Numbered from the stretch's first letter, positions 27,575 through 39,035 are shown. The stretch is DNA of 64,000 nt from an uncultured Spirochaetota bacterium (GCA_963768055.1 CAVYGN010000001.1:1056001-1120000); one strand, 5' to 3'. Notes: a model not told the origin generated them from the letters alone. Translations and numbers: made by a program.

Positions 27575-28585
27575 TTATTTTACAATGTTGAAGGTATAAC
27601 AGGCTTCCGATTTATCAACTGTTTTTGTATTTACAGTCACCTGAAGACCTTTTTTTAATACACCCTTGATATCGGACGAAGAAATTGTACCGACATCCAT
27701 GAATGTATCTTTTCCGCTGAAGTTATTAAAGTTAATATCATCGAATTGAGATGACTGCGCAATAAGGCGGATTGTTTCTATTCCATAAGGGGCGCCAAGG
27801 GTAAATTCAAAACCCATTTTTTTATCGGGAAATTTGTAAACAGTTTTCGCACTTATAAAATTGTTAGTTTCAAATTTGTTGGGATATATCAATTTAACGC
27901 TGCCGTCTACCCCGACATGATATAGTTTTATATAACAGTCCTCATCGGATCGAATATTTATTACAAGTTTTTCACCGTCTTTGAATATGCCGTTTAGGCC
28001 TCTGTCCGTCCATAGCGTGACTTTAAAATCGTCTTTATCAAGAAGGCTGGAATCCTGCCCGAATTTTTTATAATTATCATAATTCGATGGTTTTAAATCC
28101 AGTTTGGGAGGCAATGATATAGAATTTATCCTGAGATCGGTCATTCCTACTACCTCTCTTGAGTCGCTCTTGTTGAGCGTGAAGAAGATCCTTATGCCGT
28201 CATTCTCGACATAGTATTTACCCAGCAGGATGCCGTCAAAATCGGCATCGGTTCTATAAACAAAGGTTTTATCGCTGATAGCTGTAAAATCCTTTTGAGA
28301 TTGGACGATTTTGAATAAACCGGTCTTATAGCTCGAGGACATAATATAATTTTTCAAATAATCGCTTAAAGGAGTTATTACACGCGAATCTTCCAGGTAT
28401 ATATCCTCTACTACGATTGAATAAGTCGTGTTGGTAATATTTTTAGCAAGTCTTTCCAGGGCTTCATAAATGGATTGTTCAAGCTGATCGGATTTTTGTA
28501 TATCGTTCTTGACGGCCTCCTGCCTGCCGCATGAGAATATTAATAAAATAAAAAAAACGGGGATGGAAATCAGCATTTTCTTCAT
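27575..28585 (-). CDS. Lipoprotein with C-terminal DUF4384-like domain
   Basis: Lipobox IFS-C; WTDR---F--GE, DCYI-LY, IYPN, PYG-E. Confidence 0.7.
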   Translation of the reverse strand: MKKMLISIPVFFILLIFSCGRQEAVKNDIQKSDQLEQSIYEALERLAKNITNTTYSIVVEDIYLEDSRVITPLSDYLKNYIMSSSYKTGLFKIVQSQKDFTAISDKTFVYRTDADFDGILLGKYYVENDGIRIFFTLNKSDSREVVGMTDLRINSISLPPKLDLKPSNYDNYKKFGQDSSLLDKDDFKVTLWTDRGLNGIFKDGEKLVINIRSDEDCYIKLYHVGVDGSVKLIYPNKFETNNFISAKTVYKFPDKKMGFEFTLGAPYGIETIRLIAQSSQFDDINFNNFSGKDTFMDVGTISSSDIKGVLKKGLQVTVNTKTVDKSEACYTFNIVK

Positions 28586-28719
28586 AAGGAAACTCCTAAC
28601 CACCGATTAAGTCCTGTAAGGATAACACAGATTAAACGAATTTCACACCATTATGTTTGCCAGATGCATAGTTCAATTTAATTATAGGCCTGCAATTAAA
28701 AAATATCAATAACTCGAAC

Positions 28720-29808
28720 TCATCTTACTTTATAATTTTCCAGACGCCTGTTCAATATTCTTTCAAAATTAAAAATATTCCAGGTATCCCATTCGGGGAG
28801 CTTTATTGAAAAAATTTTCCTGATACCGGCAATCACTGAAGGGATTTCTGTTATTCCGATATCGCCGGAATGAAGCCTGTCGAATAGCTGTTCGGAAACA
28901 CGATCGAAAAAAATTATCTGGTATGAGCCGAAAACAGGATCGATAGAATAAGAAGCTTTTGATACATCCGTAGTCCGGATTGTTCTCTTTTTTCGCCATC
29001 CGCGCGCTGAAAAGTGTAAAGGATCAAGTGTAAATCCATAGCTGCATTCTGCCGGGCCGATAAAGAGAACAGAATAAATCAAGTGAGAAAGAATGAACCT
29101 GATGGTCATAAGGATTGTTAAAGCGATAAATATCAATGCGATCCATGCTATGGGCCCGTAAAAGCTCCATTCCGTCGAGGTAATTCCCGCAGCTGTCAAT
29201 GCGGCGCCTCCCGATAAAAAAACAGTCCAGAATATATTTTTAAAGGATAAATTTTCTTTCCATAAAAAAACATGGCCTTCAGTCAGATCTCTTTCCATCA
29301 GCATTCCCGGTAAAGATGCCTCTGCCGGTATAAAAGACCCGGAAAGTCCGGCTTTATCGGTAAGAAGTTCATGAACCTTTTCAGCTTTATTCCTGGATCC
29401 CGTTCTCAAAAGTTCCCAGTATGAACCGTTCTTCCTGTGCATGGATACGATATAACCCTGCTCCCTGAAATACCCCAATGAAAAATTTTCAATTTCATCG
29501 AAAGACATCTTTTCATCTTTATCTCCCTTGAAATAAATATGAATTATCCTCTCCGGCAAATTAAATTTGATTCCTGCCGGAAGTTTTTTATAAAAACCGG
29601 CTGCCAGCATCGACGCCGATATTAAGGAAATTCCAATCCCGGTAATTATCAGACCCGGCTTTGAAAATCCCCCGGATGATAAAATTAAAGCACCGGTCAG
29701 AAAAAATAAAATTCCGGTAATTAACAGTATATACGAGATAAATTTTATGGATTTTTTTAATTTAAAACTCAGGATATCCGGATCATTATTCCTTTCCAGG
29801 TAAAACAT
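28720..29808 (-). CDS. Hypothetical membrane protein
   Basis: 362-aa ORF with two TM pairs; overlaps the DUF763 stop. Confidence 0.7.
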   Translation of the reverse strand: MFYLERNNDPDILSFKLKKSIKFISYILLITGILFFLTGALILSSGGFSKPGLIITGIGISLISASMLAAGFYKKLPAGIKFNLPERIIHIYFKGDKDEKMSFDEIENFSLGYFREQGYIVSMHRKNGSYWELLRTGSRNKAEKVHELLTDKAGLSGSFIPAEASLPGMLMERDLTEGHVFLWKENLSFKNIFWTVFLSGGAALTAAGITSTEWSFYGPIAWIALIFIALTILMTIRFILSHLIYSVLFIGPAECSYGFTLDPLHFSARGWRKKRTIRTTDVSKASYSIDPVFGSYQIIFFDRVSEQLFDRLHSGDIGITEIPSVIAGIRKIFSIKLPEWDTWNIFNFERILNRRLENYKVR

Positions 29809-30985
29809 CAGAATTCCTCCCGGAATCGAAAACGGTCCTTCCGTCGTTTGATTTTGATTCGGATTTTTCCTTTTTGATTAATTCATCAAAATCGGCCTCC
29901 GGCTCCAGGTCTTTTTCAATCCTTCCGGATAATCCGTAAAGCCTTTTAAGGCAGGTTAATTTGTCATGTTCATCCAGCCTTGCTCTTTGTATAGCCTCGC
30001 CGAGGACAGAGATAGACTGGTCATATATTTTGAGGGGTACAGGAAACGGATGGGAATCCTTTCCTCCATGGGCGAATGAAAAACGTGCGGGATCGGAAAA
30101 CCTCGATGGCGTTCCGAATATTACTTCGCTGACAAGTACCAGCGATTGAAGGGTACGCGGCCCGACGCCTTTTATCAGCAGGAAATCGCAGAAATCGGCG
30201 GGCTGCTTTTCATAAGCTGTCGCCAGAACTGCCCCAAGCCTTTTTAAATTAACATCCGCGGGTTTCACTTCATGCCTGGAAGGCATTACTATTTCCCTGA
30301 TTTCATTAAGAGTTCTATCCGGGTTGTCATGAGAAAGGTTTACAATGCTCTTCTTTGTTTCCCGTGCATCCCTGTGAGTAAGATTCAGGATTGGGCCAAG
30401 ATTTTCACCCACGATTCCCGTATGGGGTTCTTCATCGAATGATTTTATATTAGAAGAAAGCCAGTGATATCTTCTCGCCATTCTTGTCGATGTGTTCATA
30501 CCCTGCTGGACCACAGCCCAATCCCCTGCGTCGGTAAGGATAAAATTATGAAGGTAAAGCTGGAAACCGTCCTGTATCGCCGTATTATCTATTTTTGCGC
30601 TGAGTCTGCTCGCATTCACAAATTTATCCCCGTCAAGCCCGGTCCTGTTAGATACCTCTATAAGTTCCTGCGGGGTTTGCCGCGAATACCTGCCTCTGCC
30701 ACCGCAAATGAAAATGCCAAGTTCGCGGGATTTTGGTTCAAGCCCCCTTTTTAATGCTCCCATGACTGATGTTGTTATCCCTGAAGAATGCCAGTCCATT
30801 CCCAGAACGCAGCCCAGGGATTGAAACCATAAAGGATCGCTCAGCCGTCTTATAAATTCCCTGTTTCCATATAACTCGACAATCGACTCGACTATCAGAG
30901 AACCCAATTTTTCCATTCTGTCGTAAAGCCATTTTGGGACATTCCCATAATGAAGGGGCAGATCAGCTGTACCGGTTCTTTTCAT
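29786..30985 (-). CDS. DUF763 domain protein
   Basis: [41 protein letters not shown]. Confidence 0.9.
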   Translation of the reverse strand: MKRTGTADLPLHYGNVPKWLYDRMEKLGSLIVESIVELYGNREFIRRLSDPLWFQSLGCVLGMDWHSSGITTSVMGALKRGLEPKSRELGIFICGGRGRYSRQTPQELIEVSNRTGLDGDKFVNASRLSAKIDNTAIQDGFQLYLHNFILTDAGDWAVVQQGMNTSTRMARRYHWLSSNIKSFDEEPHTGIVGENLGPILNLTHRDARETKKSIVNLSHDNPDRTLNEIREIVMPSRHEVKPADVNLKRLGAVLATAYEKQPADFCDFLLIKGVGPRTLQSLVLVSEVIFGTPSRFSDPARFSFAHGGKDSHPFPVPLKIYDQSISVLGEAIQRARLDEHDKLTCLKRLYGLSGRIEKDLEPEADFDELIKKEKSESKSNDGRTVFDSGRNSDVLPGKE

Positions 30986-31971
30986 AGGTTTAACATAGCC
31001 ATCCTTGATTCGTCATAACGGGTCCCGGCAATAGATTCCGGAAGAAAATCGGCGTTCAGTTCCATTATTTCATCCGTCTTGAGAACCATATCTACCGCTT
31101 TTATATTTTCTTTAAGGTATTTTTCATGACGAGTTCCGGGGATCGGAATAATATCTTCTCCCTGCGAGAGAAGCCAGGATAATGCCAGCTGGCCGGGCGT
31201 GCATCCCTTTTTTTCAGCCAGGGCTTCAAGTTTTCCCAATAATCGCAGGTTTTTATTCAAATTATCATCCTGAAAGCGCGGATATGCCGCCCTGAAATCG
31301 TTACGGCCCAGAAGGGCCCGTGATTTAAAGCGGCCCGTTAAAAAGCCCCTTCCAAGCGGGCTGTATGCTACGAAAGCGATATTCAATTCCCGGACGGTTT
31401 TTAGTATATCACCTTCCGGATCGCGGCTCCAAAGGGAATATTCTGTTTGAAGGGCGGCAATCGGATGTACCGCATCGGCACGCCTTATAGTTTGAGGTCC
31501 CGCTTCGGAGAGGCCTATAAATCTTACCTTGCCTTCTTTTACAAGTTCTCCCATAGTCTCTACTGTTTCTTCTATTGGTGTATTTTTATCGACGCGGTGC
31601 TGGTAGTAAAGGTCAATAACATCGATTCCAAGCCGTTTTAAGCTCATTTCACAGGCGGCCTTTACATATTCCTTGCTGCCGTTGACCCCAAGAAAGGCCC
31701 CGTCGATCCTGCGCATATTACCGAATTTGGTTGCGATAAATACCTTATTCCGTTTACCGTTCCTGAGGGCCTGGTTGAGCAGCATTTCATTGTGACCGGT
31801 CCCGTACATATCGGCAGTATCCAGGAAATTAACGCCTAAATCGATAGCCTTGTGGATCAGATTTATAGAACTAATGTCGTCGGAATTCCCATAAAATTCC
31901 GACATTCCCATGCAGCCGAGTCCAATTGCCGAAACTGAAAGTCCGCTTTTGCCGAGGATCCTTTTTTTCAT
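30982..31971 (-). CDS. Aldo/keto reductase
   Basis: [34 protein letters not shown]. Confidence 0.95.
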   Translation of the reverse strand: MKKRILGKSGLSVSAIGLGCMGMSEFYGNSDDISSINLIHKAIDLGVNFLDTADMYGTGHNEMLLNQALRNGKRNKVFIATKFGNMRRIDGAFLGVNGSKEYVKAACEMSLKRLGIDVIDLYYQHRVDKNTPIEETVETMGELVKEGKVRFIGLSEAGPQTIRRADAVHPIAALQTEYSLWSRDPEGDILKTVRELNIAFVAYSPLGRGFLTGRFKSRALLGRNDFRAAYPRFQDDNLNKNLRLLGKLEALAEKKGCTPGQLALSWLLSQGEDIIPIPGTRHEKYLKENIKAVDMVLKTDEIMELNADFLPESIAGTRYDESRMAMLNL

Positions 31972-31983
31972 GTGTAAACCCTC

Positions 31984-32640
31984 CTATTTTAACAAATTAG
32001 AGAATTCGGATCTGGACAATTCGAGGTAAGCGTTTGTATCGCCCTGGAAACTATCCTGAAGGGCGTTTTTATCTTCATCGAACCTGTTTTCCACATAAAA
32101 TTTACCATTGGTCAGGTTGATCCTTCCAAAGTAATAGATTTTGCCCTTATCTAGATTCATTACGAACGGATACCGGTAAAACCTTGCGGGGTTATAATAA
32201 TATACATAAGGATAGGGCTCGTAGTAATAATACCTGAAATGATGGAAACCCCAGCCCCACCTGAATACGGTAATTCCGTAAGGATAATCGTATGGATAAT
32301 AATAGGGTTCGTATCCGTATTCCTCTGGCCCGTAAGAAAAATAAATCGCTCTTACATTGTGAATTCCCGAAGGTATCGGGATCAGGAAATAGTCGACCTT
32401 TCCGGGGGCAAAAGCATGTGTATAAACACGGTTTAAAAGCAGATCGGGTTCGGATCCTCTCAGGTCAAGATATATTCCCTCATCGGCATCAATACTGTAT
32501 GAACCGAAAAGAAAAGTATCGAACTGCGTTTTTAAAGAAACGAAATTTTCAGGTTCTACAACAACCGATACCCAGGGTGTGCATGACAGGAACAGTATTA
32601 AAACCGACGGGATAATAAAAAAAAATTTTAATTTAAGCAT
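31984..32640 (-). CDS. Hypothetical lipoprotein with a Tyr/Pro-rich segment
   Basis: Lipobox FLS-C; GGAGG RBS; YYYPYDYPYG...YYYYEPYPYVYYY. Confidence 0.7.
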   Translation of the reverse strand: MLKLKFFFIIPSVLILFLSCTPWVSVVVEPENFVSLKTQFDTFLFGSYSIDADEGIYLDLRGSEPDLLLNRVYTHAFAPGKVDYFLIPIPSGIHNVRAIYFSYGPEEYGYEPYYYPYDYPYGITVFRWGWGFHHFRYYYYEPYPYVYYYNPARFYRYPFVMNLDKGKIYYFGRINLTNGKFYVENRFDEDKNALQDSFQGDTNAYLELSRSEFSNLLK

Positions 32641-32676
32641 AAAATCCTCCTTTGACTAATGAGGAAGTTCTTCGGT

Positions 32677-33351
32677 CTAAACCCTTCCAGGATAAAGCCT
32701 GCCGGGCATGAGATATTTCACGAACCATCCGGTGGCAAGCTTTGCGACTTCCTCGATAGCGCCTTTTTCCTCAAAAAGATGGGTCGCACCGGGTATTATC
32801 TCGATCTTTTTTTCCACCATAAGAAGATTGTAAGCCTTTTCATTCATCCCGATTACGGCTGTATCGCTTCCGCCGACTATAAGGAGGGTTGGTGAATCTA
32901 CCCGGGACAGGTAATCCTTGGCAAGATCCGGCCTTCCTCCGCGGGAGACAATAGCCGTTATCCTTCCGGGATATCCGGCGGAAGAGGCTAATGCCGCCGC
33001 CGCCCCTGTACTGGCGCCGAAATAACCGAAAGGCAGTTTGCCGACGATACTATCCGAAAGCATTAAATTCGTAGCATATTGCAGGCGGCTGGCTAAAAAT
33101 TCTATATTGAAGCGGAGATTTCCGGTAAACGCATCTTCCGATTCTTCCTCTGAAGTCAATAGATCGAAAAGAAGTGTGGCGATGCCGGCTTCCTGTAAAA
33201 CAGCCGCTACAAAACGGTTTCTTGGGCTCTTCCTGCTGCTGCCGCTTCCATGAACGAAAATGACAAGGGAAAAAGCATCCTCCGGTATCGATAAATCTCC
33301 TTCAAGTTTTACGTTTCCGGCCTGGATCATGACAATTTTATTAGTAGTCAT
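32677..33351 (-). CDS. Dienelactone hydrolase-family alpha/beta hydrolase
   Basis: HGSGSSR-SPRN, GASTG, SRGGRPD, HLFEE. Confidence 0.88.
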   Translation of the reverse strand: MTTNKIVMIQAGNVKLEGDLSIPEDAFSLVIFVHGSGSSRKSPRNRFVAAVLQEAGIATLLFDLLTSEEESEDAFTGNLRFNIEFLASRLQYATNLMLSDSIVGKLPFGYFGASTGAAAALASSAGYPGRITAIVSRGGRPDLAKDYLSRVDSPTLLIVGGSDTAVIGMNEKAYNLLMVEKKIEIIPGATHLFEEKGAIEEVAKLATGWFVKYLMPGRLYPGRV

Positions 33352-33544
33352 AATATCTTCCTTAAAAGCCCGGGACTCTCAATTACATCAAGTTCCGGTA
33401 TTTCATCATAAGCCATTTTTATCTCCCTTGGTTATTTAATTTAATAATTCTTATTTGAATTGTCAAAGCCGGTAATCGGAATTCCAAAATTGCTTCAAGA
33501 ATCTTTAAAATTGGATAGTTTTTAATAAAAAGTTTAAAATATAA

Positions 33545-33655
33545 GGGCGGTTCCAAAAACTAACTTTGAAATTGATAAATGATGTTCTAATAGTAATGAA
33601 ACCGCCCTATGGGCACTACCTTGCCGCCTTGAAAAGGCGGTTTTTAGAAGTGTCC
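33545..33655. mobile_element. MITE copy 3 (111 bp), upstream of mfd
   Basis: GGGCGGTTCCAAAAACT...GGTTTTTAGAAGTGTCC, flanked by TAA on both sides. Confidence 0.8.
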
Positions 33656-33686
33656 TAAGATCATTTCTTGTCATAAAAGGTGTTAA

Positions 33687-36600
33687 ATGCCGTCTTTTTT
33701 AGACACAATCCATGCAGAGTTTAAGCTTGATAATATTTTCAATAATTTCAATGAAAAGAGAGAGGCCGCTGTAAGCATCCCTCCGGGGGCACTTCCTTTC
33801 CTTCTCGACGGACTGGGAAAGGAATATACCTGTTTCTATATTGCAGTCAACGAGATGGAAGCGGAAGATATTTACGAAAGCCTCCTATCCATAAAATCAC
33901 CGGCCCTTTTTTTCCCGGAAGTCGATGTTATACCTTTTTCTAACGTTTTTCCCTCTCCAGACAAATTATCGGACAGGGTCAAGACCCTTTACGAACTCAC
34001 ACAGGGAAAAAGTAACATAGTTATCCTGACCCTTGAATCTTATCTGAGGAAAATACCTCCCTTAGAGTCATTTAAAAAAAGTATAATAAAACTTAAAACC
34101 GGCGGAAGAATGGAAAGGGACATCCTTATAAGCACTCTTATTGTATATCAATATATAAGGGATTTCAAGACCTCGGAACAAGGTTTTTTTTCAGTAAGGG
34201 GCGATATAGTCGATATATACCCCCCAAATTATCCGCATGGACTAAGGCTTAACTTTCTCGACGACGAGATAGAGTCAATAAAAACTTTCAGCGCGGCAAC
34301 GCAAAAATCATTCGGTACGATTGAAGAATTCGAATTGATCCCGGCAAACGAATTCGCTGCGGTAAAGGATCATATAGATGACGGCAACCGGAATTTTTTA
34401 AATGAAAACTCTATACACTCAAATTTTCCAATGTTTTACAAGGAGCTTTCTCAAATCCTGGAATACGTACCCGGCAATAAGGTGATTGTGTCAGGCGAAA
34501 GCGTATGGAAGGGCATGGATGTTATAATTTCAAAATACTCGCAGTTCGGATCCGACAGGGAAGATTTGATATGGAATATTGATAATATTAAGGAATTCGA
34601 AAAAGACAGCTATTCGCTCAGGCTTGTTCCGCAGGCCGAGGATTTAATGCCGGCGCGTTTTTCAGAAGCCCCTGAATTCGGCGAAGGGTTTTCCCGCTTT
34701 ATGGCAGACATAGACGAAGCTTATCTGAAAAAAGGGTACAGGATTTTCCTTCTTGTCGAGTATGAAGACCTCGCCAAAAGGCTGTCCGGGATACTTAAAA
34801 AATACGGCCCGAAGATAGTCGGAAGGGATGAAGAAATCGGCGCCGATACAGCACTTTCGATAATTGTGATAAATTACGAACATGGATTTGAACTATTATC
34901 TCCTTCGGGAAAATACCTGGTCCTTACTGAAAGCGATATAAGCGGGAAAAAGCGTTTATTCCGGAAAAGGATACGGCAGATAGACACCCTCTTCGAGGAC
35001 ATTGAGGACATACAGGAAGGGGAACACATTGTCCATTTGAATTACGGCATAGGAATATTCAAAAATATTGAAAGGATAAATGTCCTGGGAAAGGAAAAGG
35101 ATTATATTCTTCTGGAATATGCGCAGGGAGAAAAACTTTACGTGCCGCTGGAACAGTCGAATCTGATAGGCAAATATGTCGGCGGCCTTACAAAAAAACC
35201 CGTTCTTGATTCCCTGGGCGGAAAAAGCTGGGCCAAAAAAAAGGAAAAGGTAAAGAACAGCATAGAGGAGTATGCGCGGAGGCTTGTGTCTATCTATGCA
35301 AAAAGGGGATCTTTGCCCGGTCACATTTTCTCCCCCGATACATCATGGCAGAAGGATTTTGAAGACAGGTTCGAATATATTGAAACACCCGATCAGGTCA
35401 AAGTGATTGAAGAGATAAAACGCGACATGGAAAATTCGCGTCCGATGGACAGGTTGTTATGCGGCGATGTAGGTTTTGGAAAAACAGAGGTGGCAATGCG
35501 CTGCGCTTTCAAGGCGATAATGGACGGCAGGCAGGTTGCCATTATTGCGCCGACTACAGTCCTTGTCGAGCAGCACTATTATACATTCATGGAAAGGTTT
35601 AAGGGTTTCCCCGTAAGGATAGACTATATTTCACGCTTTACAGAACCTGGAAAACTTAAACAAATCATCCGGGAAACACGGAACCACCGGATAGATATTC
35701 TTATCGGGACCCACAAATTGTTTTCAAAGGATATAGCCTTTCATTCATTGGGTCTTGTTATTATCGACGAGGAGCATAAATTCGGTGTAAATCACAAAGA
35801 AATAATGAAAGAAAGGTATCCGCTTGTCGACTTTTTATCTCTCTCGGCAACCCCTATACCGAGGACTCTTAATATGGCTATGTCAACTCTTCGGGATATA
35901 AGCCTCCTTGAAACTCCTCCCGACATGAGAATAGCCGTCGAGACTTATGTGGCGGATTTTTCCACGGACATAGTAAAATTTGCTATCGAAGCCGAATTGT
36001 CAAGGGATGGCCAGGTGTTTTTTGTCCATAATACTATAAAGAGGCTCCCCGAATACGCCTATATGATCCAGAAAGCGGTTCCCGAAGCTAAAATCGCGAT
36101 AGGCCATGGCCGGATGGATGAAGATGAACTTGAGAAGTCGTTCATAGGATTCGTAAGGGGGGAATATAATGTGCTTGTTTCTACGACTATTATCGATTCG
36201 GGACTGGATATTTCCAATGCAAACACTATTATCATAAGCGACGCTCATAGATTCGGCCTTTCACAGCTATACCAGTTAAAGGGCCGCGTAGGAAGGTCAA
36301 AAAGGCAGGGATACGCTTATTTTCTCTATCCGGAAAGTAAAAGCTTGACGGAAACAGCTCAAAAGAGGCTTTTTGTTATAAACGAATATACGAACCTCGG
36401 CGCCGGTTTCAATATAGCCCTCAAAGACCTTGAGATCAGGGGGGCCGGGAATATACTCGGCCATGAACAGCATGGCAATATCATATCCGTCGGTTTCGAT
36501 GTATATACAAGGCTCCTTCGCGAAGAGATAGAGAAACTGCAGGGAAAATATAATGAGGAAATCGACACCCTGATCGACCTGAATTACAATGCCTTTATTC

Positions 36601-37007
36601 CCCCGTCTTTTATATCCGATAACGCTTCAAAAATGGAGATCTATAAAAAGATCCTATCAGTAAGGAGCGAGGAAGAGATAAAGTCCCTTGTCCTTGAACT
36701 GAACGACAGGTTTGGCGTCATACCGGCGGAGGTGAACGCACTGTTTGAAATTTCACGCTTGAAGATCAGGGCTTCCGCCCTCGGCATTGAATCTATCATC
36801 GAAAAAACGGAATTTATCGAAATTGTTTTATCGCATTTTTCAAAAGTGGACCCAGTCAAGGTTATGACATTGAAACAGGCGGGCAGGCATGAAATTAGCG
36901 TGAAACCTGTAGAAAAGAACAAGATATTTTACAGGAGTTTCGAATCGAGTATTATAATCAAGGTAAAAAGGCTTATCGGTTTTCTTGATGATATAAAAGA
37001 GTCTTAG
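33687..37007 (+). CDS. mfd: Transcription-repair coupling factor
   Basis: CGDVGFGKTEVA, DEEH, SATPIPRTL, QLKGRVGR, DLEIRGAGN. Confidence 0.97.
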   Translation: MPSFLDTIHAEFKLDNIFNNFNEKREAAVSIPPGALPFLLDGLGKEYTCFYIAVNEMEAEDIYESLLSIKSPALFFPEVDVIPFSNVFPSPDKLSDRVKTLYELTQGKSNIVILTLESYLRKIPPLESFKKSIIKLKTGGRMERDILISTLIVYQYIRDFKTSEQGFFSVRGDIVDIYPPNYPHGLRLNFLDDEIESIKTFSAATQKSFGTIEEFELIPANEFAAVKDHIDDGNRNFLNENSIHSNFPMFYKELSQILEYVPGNKVIVSGESVWKGMDVIISKYSQFGSDREDLIWNIDNIKEFEKDSYSLRLVPQAEDLMPARFSEAPEFGEGFSRFMADIDEAYLKKGYRIFLLVEYEDLAKRLSGILKKYGPKIVGRDEEIGADTALSIIVINYEHGFELLSPSGKYLVLTESDISGKKRLFRKRIRQIDTLFEDIEDIQEGEHIVHLNYGIGIFKNIERINVLGKEKDYILLEYAQGEKLYVPLEQSNLIGKYVGGLTKKPVLDSLGGKSWAKKKEKVKNSIEEYARRLVSIYAKRGSLPGHIFSPDTSWQKDFEDRFEYIETPDQVKVIEEIKRDMENSRPMDRLLCGDVGFGKTEVAMRCAFKAIMDGRQVAIIAPTTVLVEQHYYTFMERFKGFPVRIDYISRFTEPGKLKQIIRETRNHRIDILIGTHKLFSKDIAFHSLGLVIIDEEHKFGVNHKEIMKERYPLVDFLSLSATPIPRTLNMAMSTLRDISLLETPPDMRIAVETYVADFSTDIVKFAIEAELSRDGQVFFVHNTIKRLPEYAYMIQKAVPEAKIAIGHGRMDEDELEKSFIGFVRGEYNVLVSTTIIDSGLDISNANTIIISDAHRFGLSQLYQLKGRVGRSKRQGYAYFLYPESKSLTETAQKRLFVINEYTNLGAGFNIALKDLEIRGAGNILGHEQHGNIISVGFDVYTRLLREEIEKLQGKYNEEIDTLIDLNYNAFIPPSFISDNASKMEIYKKILSVRSEEEIKSLVLELNDRFGVIPAEVNALFEISRLKIRASALGIESIIEKTEFIEIVLSHFSKVDPVKVMTLKQAGRHEISVKPVEKNKIFYRSFESSIIIKVKRLIGFLDDIKES

Positions 37008-37079
37008 CGGGATTTGCATTTAACCGTATCGTCATGGTAATATATATGCGGGGCAAAGATTTGCGAGGTACGCTTTAAC

Positions 37080-39035
37080 TTGATCGTTCACAAAAAATTG
37101 AACTGGTTCTGGGCCATATCCTGGAGCGCCTTGATAATATCAGGCTGTCTTTATATCTTTACGGGCATTGCAAGGGAAAGCCTCGGATATGAAGAGAGTT
37201 ATACCGCGGTTATGGCGTGCAGATCTATCAGGGATATCCTTCATATCTGCGCCATGGAAAACCGTTCCCCTTTATTTTATCTTATGATTCATATCTTTCG
37301 GGGCTTTTTTGGAAATTCCATTGTATCCCTCCGTTCTTTTTCATTGATCGGGACCTTTTTACTATCGATTCTCGGAATAGGGCCTGTAAGAAATATATTC
37401 GGCCGCGAAGCCGGGTTCACTTTTACCGCCCTTGCGTTTTTTATACCGGCAGGCCTGTTTTTATCCGGTGAGGCGGGTATGTATACATGGGCCGTTTTTT
37501 TAACAACCGGAGCCGCAATTTTCGGCTTTATCGCTTTAACCGAAGGAAAAACACAAAACTATATTTATTTTGTCCTGTTTTCCATTTCAGCCTGTTTTAT
37601 TCATTATTCTGCTTTTATCGGTGTAATAATTATCAATTTAAGCATCATTTACTATTTGATGATCAGGAGAAATAAGAGGCTTCGTGTTTTTATATTATGC
37701 TCCGGAGCTGTATTTCTTTTATATCTGCCATGGGCCGTTTCCTTGCCTGTACAGATCCGGGATTTATCGGCCGATACCCCTCAAAACATGCCCCTGTCTT
37801 CTGTCATTGATTTTATTTTATATCCTTTCAGGGATAAATTCCGGCTTTCCCCGTCAATAAAACCCTGGACGGCATTATCCGATATCCCTGCGCTCATAAT
37901 TGCCGCCGGTTTAATTATCATCGGGCTTAAAAAGGCCTTTAAAAGCAAAAGAAATGACGGCAGAATGGCTATCCTTGCTTTCCTGGTTTTTGCACTGACT
38001 TTTTTCTTGATCACCGCTTTTTCGGAATATTTCAGGCCTCTCCCTGAAGCGAATGATATGACGCCGGTAATGGGGCTTTTTCTGTTAGTTTTAGCTTACG
38101 GCATATGTGGAATCCGTATTTTATCGATACGTATTTCCTGTATTATGATCCTGGCCCTGTTATTTTTGCCTCAGCACCAGTTTATAAGGAATAACAGGTT
38201 CAATGGCCCTATGGACAGGGTCTCCGGTTACATTATAAAGTATGTACGTCCCGGTGATGTTTTTCTGCATACAGATGAAAAAACATTCGGGGCTTTCTGC
38301 TATTATCTTCCTACTTTTAAACAATATCTATATTTGAGTACTTTATATAAGGGTAGCGCCCCTTTCAGGGCGTTTGAAAATAAGGGGGAAATATTTTCAA
38401 ACGGGATCGTCAATTTTATGGACAATCACAGGAATTTCTGGCTTGTGACCAGGCCGTCGGCCTGGCAGGCTTTTCTTGCAGATTCCTGGATAGCCTCCGG
38501 GAAACTGAAAATCAGCGGCGATGTGATGAGATTCAGCGGCAGATACTCCTCTATGAACATAAACCTTTTCCCTGTGGAAAGAACCTCGAAATATGCGTCA
38601 GAAACCCGGTGGGGCGTTCCCGATATCACCAACACCCTTGATACTCATTTATATTCCGGACATTCAGGAACCCTGAATGTAGCGCTTGACGGGTTTCCTG
38701 AAAATACCGGAAAAGCTGTGATAATTCTCTATGAACATGGCAGCATCATGCCTCAAAATATTTACCGTTATAAAAGCACAGTGATCGCCGGACGTAAAGT
38801 TTCGGTCAGTTTCGAAGATGTCCCTTACGGCGAGTATGCCATATACGCTTTTCATGACAGGAACACAAATGAGAGGCCTGACGTTATTCCGGGAAATTTT
38901 ATGGAAAAGGAAGGGATTTCGGCCTTAAACCCGGAAGCGGAGTCTTTACTTGATTTTGACGAGGCAGGATTCATTCTTCAAACGAATGAGACAGAGGTCC
39001 GGGTGCACATGGTTTACCGGCCGCTGGGCAGATAA
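37080..39035 (+). CDS. GT-C/PMT-like membrane glycosyltransferase fused to a C-terminal DUF2141-like domain
   Basis: SL-YEESY, SPLFY, LRSFS, many TMs; C-terminal F-DVPYGEYAI-AFHD-N-N...EG. Confidence 0.65.
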   Translation: MIVHKKLNWFWAISWSALIISGCLYIFTGIARESLGYEESYTAVMACRSIRDILHICAMENRSPLFYLMIHIFRGFFGNSIVSLRSFSLIGTFLLSILGIGPVRNIFGREAGFTFTALAFFIPAGLFLSGEAGMYTWAVFLTTGAAIFGFIALTEGKTQNYIYFVLFSISACFIHYSAFIGVIIINLSIIYYLMIRRNKRLRVFILCSGAVFLLYLPWAVSLPVQIRDLSADTPQNMPLSSVIDFILYPFRDKFRLSPSIKPWTALSDIPALIIAAGLIIIGLKKAFKSKRNDGRMAILAFLVFALTFFLITAFSEYFRPLPEANDMTPVMGLFLLVLAYGICGIRILSIRISCIMILALLFLPQHQFIRNNRFNGPMDRVSGYIIKYVRPGDVFLHTDEKTFGAFCYYLPTFKQYLYLSTLYKGSAPFRAFENKGEIFSNGIVNFMDNHRNFWLVTRPSAWQAFLADSWIASGKLKISGDVMRFSGRYSSMNINLFPVERTSKYASETRWGVPDITNTLDTHLYSGHSGTLNVALDGFPENTGKAVIILYEHGSIMPQNIYRYKSTVIAGRKVSVSFEDVPYGEYAIYAFHDRNTNERPDVIPGNFMEKEGISALNPEAESLLDFDEAGFILQTNETEVRVHMVYRPLGR

